Shown piece after piece: positions 1 through 8,311 of a stretch of DNA of 64,000 bases (the first letter of the stretch is position 1; each line of letters begins with the position of its first letter). The stretch spans positions 1-64,000 of the IMG/VR virus record IMGVR_UViG_3300032323_002909; one strand, given 5' to 3'. A model generated the notes under the pieces. The model was not told where the DNA came from. It saw only the letters and a list, made by a program, of their open reading frames with translations, and made no database searches. Source of the stretch: a virus. The position numbers were made by a program, and so were the translations under genes.

Positions 1-114
1 TAGTTGAGGAGTTTAAAGCGCATGAAGAAGTGCATATTGGTATGGTTGCTGGCTATCCTAGCGCAGAGCAATTACGTCGAGCAGCACAAAAAGCTTTAGA
101 ACGAGCAGATCGTA

Positions 115-142
115 TTGACAAAACAAAAACATAATATATAAT
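115..142 (+). promoter_or_regulatory. sigma70-like promoter (leaderless)
   Basis: TTGACA(115-120)-N16-TATAAT(137-142), ATG at 149. Confidence 0.65.
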
Positions 143-148
143 AGACAT

Positions 149-868
149 ATGAGCGAAAAATTTAAAAGCGTAGGAGAGATGATGGGTTATTTCACAAAAC
201 AAGAAATGATCCAAGAGCGATTTGTAGAGAAGCTAATGACAGCATACCCACAGCTTTTCCCAAAGGATGCTGATGGCAAGCCTAGAGAGCCTGACTGTGG
301 TGTGTGGTGTCCAGTTGGATGGCAACCTATGGTGGAAACTTTGTGTGGTCATATTAATGATTATGTGGAGAACAACAAAACATGGATTCCAAAATATGTC
401 GCATACTATGCCGTGTGTAATTGGATTTATAATTTTTTGTGTATTGGAAGAATTATGAAGTATCTTTCTAAAACCATTGATCCTGTGGTGTATCCCCTTA
501 ATGGGTGTCTTCTAGCTAGTGAAGTCGAAAAGATTAGAAAAGCATCACCATTCAGATCGTGGTTGACTCGTCTTGTGTGGAAGTTGGATTCATTTTTAAA
601 ACCAATCAAAAGATTTACCGAGAAACCAATCCCACCAGTCACTATCGAACAAGTCAAATCCAAGTTCGGAACCCTTAGATTCTATTACAGTGGTGGTGAC
701 AAACAAATAAACGGAATGGTATCGTTTGCTGAAATTCTTTCATCAACTATATGTGAAATCACTGGGACTAAAGGGAATCTATGTATTCATCGGGGTTGGT
801 ACAAGACGTTGTGCGAAGAAAAGACGAAAGATTTGGGTTATGTGGAGTGTGGAAAAATTGATCAATGA
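149..868 (+). CDS. conserved phage hypothetical protein
   Basis: 239-aa ORF; QVKSKFGTLRFYY...CEITG motif recurrent in large phages; TTGACA-N16-TATAAT 6 nt upstream. Confidence 0.75.
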   Translation: MSEKFKSVGEMMGYFTKQEMIQERFVEKLMTAYPQLFPKDADGKPREPDCGVWCPVGWQPMVETLCGHINDYVENNKTWIPKYVAYYAVCNWIYNFLCIGRIMKYLSKTIDPVVYPLNGCLLASEVEKIRKASPFRSWLTRLVWKLDSFLKPIKRFTEKPIPPVTIEQVKSKFGTLRFYYSGGDKQINGMVSFAEILSSTICEITGTKGNLCIHRGWYKTLCEEKTKDLGYVECGKIDQ

Positions 869-1808
869 TATTTTTAAATTTTTCTTGTTTCCTCTTCATC
901 GCTACGAGAGGTTGTGGATCGTATAATAAATAGTATAGTTTTATCAGGTCTTTCTTTCTTGAAACCTGAATAATGTTGGTATGTCGTCTTTCAAAATTAC
1001 ACGAAAATATATCAATAGAATCAAAATAATTTTTAATGTCTTCTGCCATATTAGACTGACACGCTATGGTAAATCCACTAGAAGTTATACACCCATCGCC
1101 CTCAAATAACCCCAATATAAAAGCAGATTTAAATTTTTCATCTATTTTAGGCATATTTAAATTTTTGTATGTTTTGTTTATGGTAAGACCTAAATTTATC
1201 GCATCTTTATAAACTTTTCCCGATGTAATGTCCAAAGATGCTGCTCTGAGAGGGGTTTCGTATTTTTTATTGTTGATTGGGCTATGCATGTAACCACTAT
1301 TTTTCACAAAGTGAATTGGCTTATTAGTCTTTAAAAGATGGTGTTTCCAATTTTCAAGATAATCAATATCATCTTCTCTCAATCTAATCGCAATTAGATT
1401 GTTGTTTTTTGATATTGTGCCGTCAGCATATACAAGTCCCAAAAATTGAGCCTTTTCTTTGGTGTCTATAATTTCAAAAATTGATTCGTCTAAATCATAT
1501 TTTCGGTAGATCTTTCTCGTGAAAATAGAATACTTTTGTAATTGCTTGGTAATACAACTCTTACCGATGCCAGTTTTTTCTTGAATTTTTTCTATTGTCA
1601 GTCCTTGTTTGTAAAGATCACAAATTTCAGATGCTTTATTTTTGTCCAACCCAGACCCACGAAGCTCAACACCACCATCTTTTAATATTTTATAAATTGT
1701 ATTTGGCGACATTTTGAATTTTTTTTGTAATTCTGTTATTGTCATCGTCCTATTTAAATAGGCATTGCAGATAAAATCGTAGTGGTCTAAATTTTTAAAT
1801 TTTGTCAT
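768..1808 (-). CDS. free-standing LAGLIDADG homing endonuclease with N-terminal HTH repeats
   Basis: Two motifs FLGLVYADG and FILGLFEGDG; HTH-like N-terminus; TAAATA late-type motif upstream. Confidence 0.85.
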   Translation of the reverse strand: MTKFKNLDHYDFICNAYLNRTMTITELQKKFKMSPNTIYKILKDGGVELRGSGLDKNKASEICDLYKQGLTIEKIQEKTGIGKSCITKQLQKYSIFTRKIYRKYDLDESIFEIIDTKEKAQFLGLVYADGTISKNNNLIAIRLREDDIDYLENWKHHLLKTNKPIHFVKNSGYMHSPINNKKYETPLRAASLDITSGKVYKDAINLGLTINKTYKNLNMPKIDEKFKSAFILGLFEGDGCITSSGFTIACQSNMAEDIKNYFDSIDIFSCNFERRHTNIIQVSRKKDLIKLYYLLYDPQPLVAMKRKQEKFKNIIDQFFHTPHNPNLSSFLRTTSCTNPDEYIDSL

Positions 1809-1870
1809 CTTATATCTTATTTAGTGTTGGGGGGTTGACTTTTAAAAAAACTAATGCATAATTAAAACAA

Positions 1871-2080
1871 ATGATTATTGATGGAACATTGGTGGTATCG
1901 TGGATTGCAGCTGTTGGCATGACTATTCTTATCGGGACAGGCATGTATCTTAGCATGCTAGACAAATATTATGAAGAACCTAGCATCAAGCATGGTCGCT
2001 TTTGGTTATGTCAAGGCATTTCTACGACTATAGCACTTGGTCTTTATTTAACGAAGATTGGAATTATTGTATGGCAGTAA
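1871..2080 (+). CDS. small membrane protein
   Basis: 69 aa, two hydrophobic segments. Confidence 0.6.
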   Translation: MIIDGTLVVSWIAAVGMTILIGTGMYLSMLDKYYEEPSIKHGRFWLCQGISTTIALGLYLTKIGIIVWQ

Positions 2081-2493
2081 AGACAAAACAAGTCATCGTG
2101 GTTCGCCGCGACTTAAAAATGAAACACGGTAAGATGGCGGCTCAAGTTGCACATGCAGCAATGAGCTTTCTTACTCGTGAAGGTCGGGTTGGTTGGCAAG
2201 CTGATATGCTCAACGATGTCTTTATGAATGATGACGACTCAATTGACAGGCACAATGGCGCAATACGTGATTGGCTTGCAAATAGTTTCACGAAAGTAGT
2301 TCTTGCTGTGGATAGTGAAGAAGAGTTGCGAGAGATTCTCTCAAAAGCAGAAGAATCTGGCATCATGGCGCATTTAGTTGTTGACAATGGTCGCACTGTG
2401 TTTAATAATATCCCCACCCCGACCTGCCTAGCACTTGGTCCTGATTGGAACGAGAACCTAGACGAGTTGGTGGGACATTTGAAGCTCTATTAA
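2071..2493 (+). CDS. pth2: peptidyl-tRNA hydrolase, Pth2 family
   Basis: KQVIVVRRDLKMKHGKMAAQVAHAA, KVVLAV, VVDNGRT, TCLALGP, VGHLKL motifs; start moved to ATG 2071. Confidence 0.9.
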   Translation: MAVKTKQVIVVRRDLKMKHGKMAAQVAHAAMSFLTREGRVGWQADMLNDVFMNDDDSIDRHNGAIRDWLANSFTKVVLAVDSEEELREILSKAEESGIMAHLVVDNGRTVFNNIPTPTCLALGPDWNENLDELVGHLKLY

Positions 2494-2514
2494 AAACTAC
2501 AATATAATCATAAT

Positions 2515-2676
2515 ATGACTAAAGAAGAAATCAAAGAACGAATCATCGCCATCATCGACAGCTATACAAAAGAAATGGAAGGCTATAGCTATTATGGTTC
2601 AAATCTAGGTGTAAGTCGCGACGACTATTCAGATATTGCAGAAGACATCTATAAAGAATTTGATATAATTGGATAA
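2515..2676 (+). CDS. hypothetical protein (53 aa)
   Basis: ORF read manually; cassette motif at 2491 with ATG 6 nt after TATAAT. Confidence 0.6.
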   Translation: MTKEEIKERIIAIIDSYTKEMEGYSYYGSNLGVSRDDYSDIAEDIYKEFDIIG

Positions 2677-2677
2677 C

Positions 2678-2854
2678 ATGAACATTGACAATACAATCGA
2701 CAAATTAAAGCGTAATCAGAAATTGATTATGGATTCTCTCAGAAGCAATCCGCAACTCACTGAAAACGATCTAAAAATCGTTAAATGGGCGTATACTCAA
2801 CGATTTAAAATGTTACAACGCGAAAAACAAAGAATGTTGAAAAAAATAACATGA
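2678..2854 (+). CDS. hypothetical protein
   Basis: ORF packed between neighbours, ATGA overlap downstream. Confidence 0.55.
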   Translation: MNIDNTIDKLKRNQKLIMDSLRSNPQLTENDLKIVKWAYTQRFKMLQREKQRMLKKIT

Positions 2855-3261
2855 AAAACAACAAAATCATCAAAGAAGTCACCAAAAACCTGAAAGAAAA
2901 CGCATTGGAAATGGAGCGCATGATGCGCTTCGTCGATGCATTCCGAAACATTGGCTTTCACATGTTCGACAGGTCTTCTGACGAACTCGGCAAAGAATTT
3001 CAAGAAGGACTTACAAAAATCCGTAACGCTATCTATGGGAAATATTGCCAGAACATGGTAAATTGTTTCATGTGGGTGGGTGCTGATGACGACATCAAAG
3101 ACTTGGCATTGGAAAAATTAGAAGAGCGTTTTGATGAGAAGAATAGGTATGCCGTGATGGACTTTTTGGAAAAGTATGGTAATTTACCCCATACGTGGAA
3201 AACCCAAGACGAAAAAGATTTGCGGGAAGAAGTGAAAGAGAAAATCAAAGAACAAAAGTAA
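2851..3261 (+). CDS. hypothetical protein
   Basis: 136-aa ORF in co-directional run. Confidence 0.7.
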   Translation: MKNNKIIKEVTKNLKENALEMERMMRFVDAFRNIGFHMFDRSSDELGKEFQEGLTKIRNAIYGKYCQNMVNCFMWVGADDDIKDLALEKLEERFDEKNRYAVMDFLEKYGNLPHTWKTQDEKDLREEVKEKIKEQK

Positions 3262-3289
3262 ATCGCCACTCAAATTATAATTAAATAAT

Positions 3290-3688
3290 ATGCCTAAAAA
3301 GAATCGACAAAAATGGCTCACTGATCAAATATCGGGTGACTGGAAAGACAAAGACTATATCATCGAGACTGTCTTGGTGCAATGCTTATTCCATTATGTC
3401 GAGCAAGAAATGAAAGGTGAATTGCCTGATCGCGGCTATTATGATGCAGACATAGCAGCAGGACATGTTAGTGAAGGCTATGCAAAAAATAGCTATGCTT
3501 GGAATGATGAGATTCGTAAGGTATATGCTTACTTCAAGACCGAACGTGCAGAGATTGAGCGAGAGATTGACGAGGCAACTGACGCGAACGAAATACAACG
3601 TGCAATCAAAGCAGAGAACGATCTTTATGAACGCGACACTGAGATGTTCAATGTGATCATTAAGTATCGTGGCTATATGTGGACATAA
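3290..3688 (+). CDS. hypothetical protein
   Basis: 132-aa ORF ending RGYMWT, a C-terminus type seen in large-phage proteins. Confidence 0.7.
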   Translation: MPKKNRQKWLTDQISGDWKDKDYIIETVLVQCLFHYVEQEMKGELPDRGYYDADIAAGHVSEGYAKNSYAWNDEIRKVYAYFKTERAEIEREIDEATDANEIQRAIKAENDLYERDTEMFNVIIKYRGYMWT

Positions 3689-3709
3689 GGAACACCGATA
3701 TAATAAATT

Positions 3710-3931
3710 ATGAAAGATATCAGTAATAGTGTTGAGGATAATGTTCGGGTTAGTGTTTGGGATAGTGTTGGGGATAGTGTTTGGGATAGTGTTCGGGATA
3801 GTGTTCGGGGCAGTGTTCGGGGCAGTGTTCGGGGCAGTGTTTGGGGCAGTGTTCGGGATAGTGTTGGGGTTAGTGTTGGGGTTAGTGTTTGGGGCAGTGT
3901 TCGGGATAGTGTCAAAGAATATAAATTTTAA
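3710..3931 (+). CDS. SVxx tetrapeptide-repeat protein 1
   Basis: MKDISNSV...(SVWD/SVRG)n...KEYKF. Confidence 0.6.
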   Translation: MKDISNSVEDNVRVSVWDSVGDSVWDSVRDSVRGSVRGSVRGSVWGSVRDSVGVSVGVSVWGSVRDSVKEYKF

Positions 3932-3937
3932 TAAATT

Positions 3938-4186
3938 ATGAAAGATATCATTAGTAATAGTGTTGAGGGTAGTGTTCGGGTTAGTGTTGAGGATAGTGTT
4001 GGGGATAGTGTTGGAGTTAATGTTCGGGCTAGTGTTTGGGATAGTGTTCGGGATAGTGTTGGAGTTAATGTTTGGGGTAGTGTTCGGGGTAGTGTTTGGG
4101 GTAGTGTTTGGGGCAGTGTTCGGGATAGTGTTGGGGTTAGTGTTCGGGATAGTGTTTTGATTAGTGTCAAAGAATATAAATTTTAA
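3938..4186 (+). CDS. SVxx tetrapeptide-repeat protein 2
   Basis: Same N- and C-terminal caps as unit 1. Confidence 0.6.
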   Translation: MKDIISNSVEGSVRVSVEDSVGDSVGVNVRASVWDSVRDSVGVNVWGSVRGSVWGSVWGSVRDSVGVSVRDSVLISVKEYKF

Positions 4187-4192
4187 TAAAAC

Positions 4193-4402
4193 ATGAAAGA
4201 TATCAGTAATAGTGTTGGGGCTAGTGTTAGCGATAGTGTCTGGGCTAGTGTTTGGGTTAGTGTTGAGGATAGTGTTGGGGATAGTGTTGGAGTTAATGTT
4301 CGGGCTAGTGTCTGGGCTAGTGTTTGGACTAGTGTTGAGGATAGTGTTTGGGATAGTGTTGAGAGTAGTGTTTTGATTAGTGTCAAAGAATATAAATTTT
4401 AA
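4193..4402 (+). CDS. SVxx tetrapeptide-repeat protein 3
   Basis: Same caps. Confidence 0.6.
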   Translation: MKDISNSVGASVSDSVWASVWVSVEDSVGDSVGVNVRASVWASVWTSVEDSVWDSVESSVLISVKEYKF

Positions 4403-4408
4403 TAAATT

Positions 4409-4597
4409 ATGACAGATATCATTAGTAATAGTGTTAGCGATAGTGTCTGGGCTAGTGTTGAGGATAGTGTCTGGGGTAGTGTTGAGGGTAGTGTTTGGAC
4501 TAGTGTTAGCGATAGTGTCTGGGCTAGTGTTGAGGATAGTGTCTGGGGTAGTGTTGAGGGTAGTGTTCGAGGTAGTGTCGAAGAATATAAATTTTAA
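4409..4597 (+). CDS. SVxx tetrapeptide-repeat protein 4
   Basis: Same caps. Confidence 0.6.
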   Translation: MTDIISNSVSDSVWASVEDSVWGSVEGSVWTSVSDSVWASVEDSVWGSVEGSVRGSVEEYKF

Positions 4598-4603
4598 TAA
4601 ATT

Positions 4604-4840
4604 ATGAAAGATAATATCGATAAAAGTGTTGAGGATAGTGTTGAGGATAGTGTTGAGGATAGTGTTCGGGTTAATGTTCGGGTTAATGTTCGGGATAGTG
4701 TTGAGGATAGTGTTGAGGATAGTGTTGAGGATAGTGTTTGGGCTAGTGTTTGGGCTAGTGTTCGGGATAGTGTTTGGGATAGTGTCTGGGGTAGTGTTCG
4801 GGTTAGTGTTCGAGGTAGTGTCGAAGAATATAAATTTTAA
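4604..4840 (+). CDS. SVxx tetrapeptide-repeat protein 5
   Basis: Same caps. Confidence 0.6.
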   Translation: MKDNIDKSVEDSVEDSVEDSVRVNVRVNVRDSVEDSVEDSVEDSVWASVWASVRDSVWDSVWGSVRVSVRGSVEEYKF

Positions 4841-4846
4841 TAAATT

Positions 4847-5146
4847 ATGAGTGGAGGACATTTTGAATATCAGCAATATCGTATCGAAGATATTGCAAGA
4901 GGCATTGAGGAACTCGTTGCGAGCAATGATGATGAATCATTAAACGAATGGGGTGATCGTCGTGGATACGGCTATAATCCAGAAACTATAGAAAAGTTCA
5001 AATTAGCAGTTGACACTTTGAGAATTGCCGCTACAATGGCACAACGAATCGATTGGCTCGTAAGTGGTGATGATGGTGAAGATAGCTTTCATCGTCGTTG
5101 GGATGAAGAATTAAAAGAACTAAATACAAAAAATGAAACTAATTAA
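4847..5146 (+). CDS. conserved phage hypothetical protein
   Basis: MSGGHFEY...RIDWLVSGDDGEDSF motif. Confidence 0.75.
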   Translation: MSGGHFEYQQYRIEDIARGIEELVASNDDESLNEWGDRRGYGYNPETIEKFKLAVDTLRIAATMAQRIDWLVSGDDGEDSFHRRWDEELKELNTKNETN

Positions 5147-5627
5147 AACACTAATACTAATGTTGATGTGTGCATCAGCATCTGCAACCAATGTCGCATA
5201 CAACGGTTCTGCTTTTCGCAGTGCTACGGTTTATGCAGATGGTAAATATACCTATAGCTACTCACTTGACTTGTGGAAGTTAACAAGTCAGGAGCTACAG
5301 AGTTTCAATGTATTTTGGTGCGGCGGCGCTACAGGTCATTCATTCAACAGCAGCATCGAATTTGACTCACTTGACAAGAGAGAAGATCAAGTTATCTTCT
5401 ATGACTTTGAAAGTGACGATGATGATGATGATGATGATGATGGAAACGAGACAATTACATTTTCGTTTAAGAGTATCAATGCTCCAGTTGATGGGATTGT
5501 AACTTACAAAGCGGGGGCGACTACATGGCAAACTGTCGCAAAAGTTCCATGTGCAGCTATACCCGAACCATCTTCCGCACTTCTTCTTGGATTATCCACC
5601 TTACTATTAACCTATCGTAGACGATGA
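5133..5627 (+). CDS. PEP-CTERM sorting-domain protein
   Basis: Signal peptide (ASA-SA) plus C-terminal IPEPSSALLLGLSTLLLTYRRR; poly-Asp tract. Confidence 0.85.
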   Translation: MKLIKTLILMLMCASASATNVAYNGSAFRSATVYADGKYTYSYSLDLWKLTSQELQSFNVFWCGGATGHSFNSSIEFDSLDKREDQVIFYDFESDDDDDDDDDGNETITFSFKSINAPVDGIVTYKAGATTWQTVAKVPCAAIPEPSSALLLGLSTLLLTYRRR

Positions 5628-5842
5628 CATTTATAAAAACCATAGTATTGATAATGCGCTTGTTCTGCGATCTATATGATAAGAATGAGAAAGTGATTGC
5701 GAATGAAGAGGGATCAAAAAGTGGATTAGAATCAAGTAAATCGGCTCTCATCGAAGACTTCAATCCACTTGACTCTGGTCCTCCAGAACCATTGCCAGTG
5801 ATATATATCACACCACCTCCTGTAACACGAAATGAACCTTAA
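5624..5842 (+). CDS. hypothetical Pro-rich protein
   Basis: 72-aa ORF, ATGA overlap. Confidence 0.5.
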   Translation: MTFIKTIVLIMRLFCDLYDKNEKVIANEEGSKSGLESSKSALIEDFNPLDSGPPEPLPVIYITPPPVTRNEP

Positions 5843-5853
5843 AAAATAAATTT

Positions 5854-6846
5854 ATGAAATTAGCAAGTATTGAAAAAATTATATCAGTAACACATCATGA
5901 TAACGCAGATGCTCTTGACATTGTTAAGGTCTTGGGTTACGAATGTATTGTGCAGCGTGGAACACATAAAGAAGGAGAAGAAGTAATTCTGATTCAACCT
6001 GATACTATTCTACCTGATGCACCTTGGAGCGAAACTTTCAAGGCACGTAGTAGTCGTGTCAAAGCGTGTAAATTGCGTGGACGTTGGAGTTTTGGTATCG
6101 TCATGCCCATTTTCGAATTGATACCATTAGATATTGTCGATATACTCAATGTCGGTGATGAAGTATCACATCTCATTGGTGTGACTAAATACGAACCACC
6201 ATTGCCAAAAGATTTGCAAGCAGCAGGTTATTTACCCAAAGGATTACCAAAGACCGATGAGGAGCGTTGGCAAAACATTGACAATATCCCATTTGGTTCG
6301 ATGTGTGATATCACTCTCAAATACGATGGCTCATCACTGACTGTATTTGCACGTAAGAACGAAGATGGAGAATGGGAAACAAGTATCTGCTCAAGATCAC
6401 TGTGTCTGAAAGATGATTGTCAAAATCAATACACGATTGCCGCAGAAAAATATGATCTTGTTAAAAAACTACTGGATTATTGTCAGAAGCACGATGTGAG
6501 TCTTGCTTTGCGTGGCGAACTTTATGGTTCTGGTATTCAAGGTCATGGCAAGAATCCGCATAGTAAATTACCATTGGGGTTTGCAGCGTATAACATTTAT
6601 AACATGGACACCTTCAAATATGAATCTCGTAATACACCACACCATTACACCAAAGTTTGCGAAGAGTTGGGTATTGAAACCGTTAAGATTCTTGAAAAAG
6701 ATGTTGTCTTCACAGAAGAACATATTCGCAAATACAGTGTTGATATTGATCAAATTGATGGTAAATCATACGAAGGTGTTGTCGTGAAGTTCCACGATGG
6801 AGGTAGCTTCAAAATTATCAATCTGAAATATGATGAAAGAAAATAA
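5854..6846 (+). CDS. ATP-dependent RNA ligase (DRB0094/Rnl2-like)
   Basis: N-terminal KLASIEKI...HDNADALD domain; PKTDEERWQN; motif I TLKYDGSS; RGELYG; EGVV; FKII. Confidence 0.88.
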   Translation: MKLASIEKIISVTHHDNADALDIVKVLGYECIVQRGTHKEGEEVILIQPDTILPDAPWSETFKARSSRVKACKLRGRWSFGIVMPIFELIPLDIVDILNVGDEVSHLIGVTKYEPPLPKDLQAAGYLPKGLPKTDEERWQNIDNIPFGSMCDITLKYDGSSLTVFARKNEDGEWETSICSRSLCLKDDCQNQYTIAAEKYDLVKKLLDYCQKHDVSLALRGELYGSGIQGHGKNPHSKLPLGFAAYNIYNMDTFKYESRNTPHHYTKVCEELGIETVKILEKDVVFTEEHIRKYSVDIDQIDGKSYEGVVVKFHDGGSFKIINLKYDERK

Positions 6847-6849
6847 ATT

Positions 6850-7080
6850 ATGAAAGAATACGATGAAATTATCAAACAAATACGCAAAGAAGTCCAAGAT
6901 CTTGCTCTTGAACAAGACGTATTGTATAATGCTCTCAAAAAATCATTACCAAAATTGACAGAACGTGCTGAAGATTTTCTTTTCGATTACATCTTCAACA
7001 ATGGTGACGACTACACTTACGAAGATCATCTGAAAAAGATATTTGATGAAAAAATACCATTTGACATTTTTGAAAAATAA
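6850..7080 (+). CDS. hypothetical protein
   Basis: 76-aa ORF. Confidence 0.6.
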   Translation: MKEYDEIIKQIRKEVQDLALEQDVLYNALKKSLPKLTERAEDFLFDYIFNNGDDYTYEDHLKKIFDEKIPFDIFEK

Positions 7081-7088
7081 ACTAAAAT
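7061..7088 (+). promoter_or_regulatory. sigma70-like promoter (leaderless)
   Basis: TTGACA(7061)-N16-TAAAAT(7083), ATG 6 nt later at 7095. Confidence 0.65.
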
Positions 7089-7094
7089 AATAAC

Positions 7095-7550
7095 ATGAAC
7101 ATCGCACAAGGATTAAAAGAAAAGAATCGCATCGCAGGTCGCATCGCCGAACTTGAAAAGAAAATCGTTAAGAACAATAGGTATCAAAGCAATCGTCCAC
7201 CTGTGGATGATGTTGATGAACTTTTTGGACGTTTAACGCTAGAAAAGGCAAGTCTCGTAAGGCTTAAAAATCAACTTGCTGTTGCCAATGCTGGTATCTC
7301 TGGAGAACTTGCTGATCTTGCCGAAACAAAAGGCATGATTAAGTTTCTGGAAGGTCTGCAAACTGGTGTGAGTGGTTATCCAATTCAAACCCATGATTAT
7401 AACACCAATCGTTTGGTTGATTCCGAATTTACTATTGAATATGCTCTCGATCAAAAAGAAGTAGACCAACACATTTCCTCATATCGCAACCTTGCTGAAA
7501 AGTTACAAGATGCCATTGATAACTATAATGCAACCACGAAATTGAAGTAA
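7095..7550 (+). CDS. DIP1984-like coiled-coil protein
   Basis: MNIAQGLKEKNRI...LAVANA...LQDAIDNYNATT pattern resembles the DIP1984 family. Confidence 0.55.
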   Translation: MNIAQGLKEKNRIAGRIAELEKKIVKNNRYQSNRPPVDDVDELFGRLTLEKASLVRLKNQLAVANAGISGELADLAETKGMIKFLEGLQTGVSGYPIQTHDYNTNRLVDSEFTIEYALDQKEVDQHISSYRNLAEKLQDAIDNYNATTKLK

Positions 7551-7555
7551 AACTT

Positions 7556-7767
7556 TTGTCGGCTCAAGTGGATGAGATGATCTCGTGTCCTCGCGACACG
7601 ACCAATTCTGAACTGAGCTTGGTAAGCTAAAGATATTGAAAACGACATTGAACGCTATCATCGCTTTGTAGCAAAAATTCAAAACTCAAGATGCTGTTTT
7701 CAAAAATCAAATCTTAAAGCATAAACCTTAAATCACAGTCTATCAGATCTGAAGTTTGAGCCGACAA
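7556..7767 (+). ncRNA. putative structured ncRNA with heptad-repeat loop
   Basis: 12-bp perfect terminal inverted repeat TTGTCGGCTCAA/TTGAGCCGACAA, several internal stems, 7-nt periodic loop, no plus-strand ORF. Confidence 0.65.
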
Positions 7768-7802
7768 TCCTTAAAAACCACAAGATAATCATCGCACACA
7801 AT

Positions 7803-7940
7803 ATGAAAAAATACATTTATCGCATTTGGAATTTCTTTAGACCGTTCGAGCAACCAAAATATGGTGCTAAAATCTTTCAACAGAAAAGTTGGCTTGAAAA
7901 ACAGGTAAATGAAGAGTTGATAAAAATAAAATATCAATAA
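7803..7940 (+). CDS. hypothetical protein (45 aa)
   Basis: ORF after cassette motif at 7772. Confidence 0.45.
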   Translation: MKKYIYRIWNFFRPFEQPKYGAKIFQQKSWLEKQVNEELIKIKYQ

Positions 7941-8043
7941 ATAGTATTGACAACTCAAACAGTTATGATAAATCTTTTTAACTGCGTGGGTAGTCCCATC
8001 GGAAAATGGTTGTGATACCGTTACAACTACAAAAATATAAAAA

Positions 8044-8118
8044 GCTACCATCGTCTATCGGTTAGGATAAATGGTTTTCATCCATTAGAGCGGGGTTCGA
8101 TTCCCCGTGGTAGTGCCA
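8044..8118 (+). tRNA. tRNA-Glu(TTC)
   Basis: GCTACCA/TGGTAGT acceptor, AATGG-TTTTCAT-CCATT anticodon arm, GGTTCGA T-loop, CCA. Confidence 0.92.
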
Positions 8119-8210
8119 ATTTAGAGCGGCTCTTGTGTCTAGGAAGAGTCTCCAAAGAGTCAAGGTTATGACTTGCTGCCGTTAACTCGGAACGGACTCA
8201 ATTTTCAAAA

Positions 8211-8295
8211 GGGTAGGTAAAGCTAGTGGCTCTAGCAGCGAGACTGTAAATTTCGTCTCTTCGGAGGGGTGGATCAATACCACACCTGCCCACCA
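8211..8295 (+). tRNA. tRNA-Tyr(GTA)
   Basis: GGGTAGG/CCTGCCC acceptor, CGAGA-CTGTAAA-TTTCG, long variable arm, atypical T-loop ATCAATA, CCA. Confidence 0.85.
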
Positions 8296-8311
8296 ATTTT
8301 ATAATACCAAA

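Larger units (their letters stand above)
3710..4840 (+). repeat. five tandem paralogous mini-genes built from 12-nt repeats (AGTGTTNGGG(A/G/C)T-like; SVxx tetrapeptides)
   Basis: Units 3710-3931, 3938-4186, 4193-4402, 4409-4597, 4604-4840; each M(K/T)D..S(V)...EYKF*. Confidence 0.9.

Noticed and set aside
3729-4850. Hydrophobic (VFG)n ORFs in the alternate plus frame
   Set aside because: No consistent ATG or caps across the five units, so likely a by-product of the repeat. Not excluded without Ribo-seq.
3386-4876. 496-aa minus-strand ORF of NT(I/S/A)P repeats
   Set aside because: Shadow frame of the 12-nt repeat. It is antisense to a co-directional gene run and overlaps 3290..3688, while the plus-strand units have consistent starts and stops.
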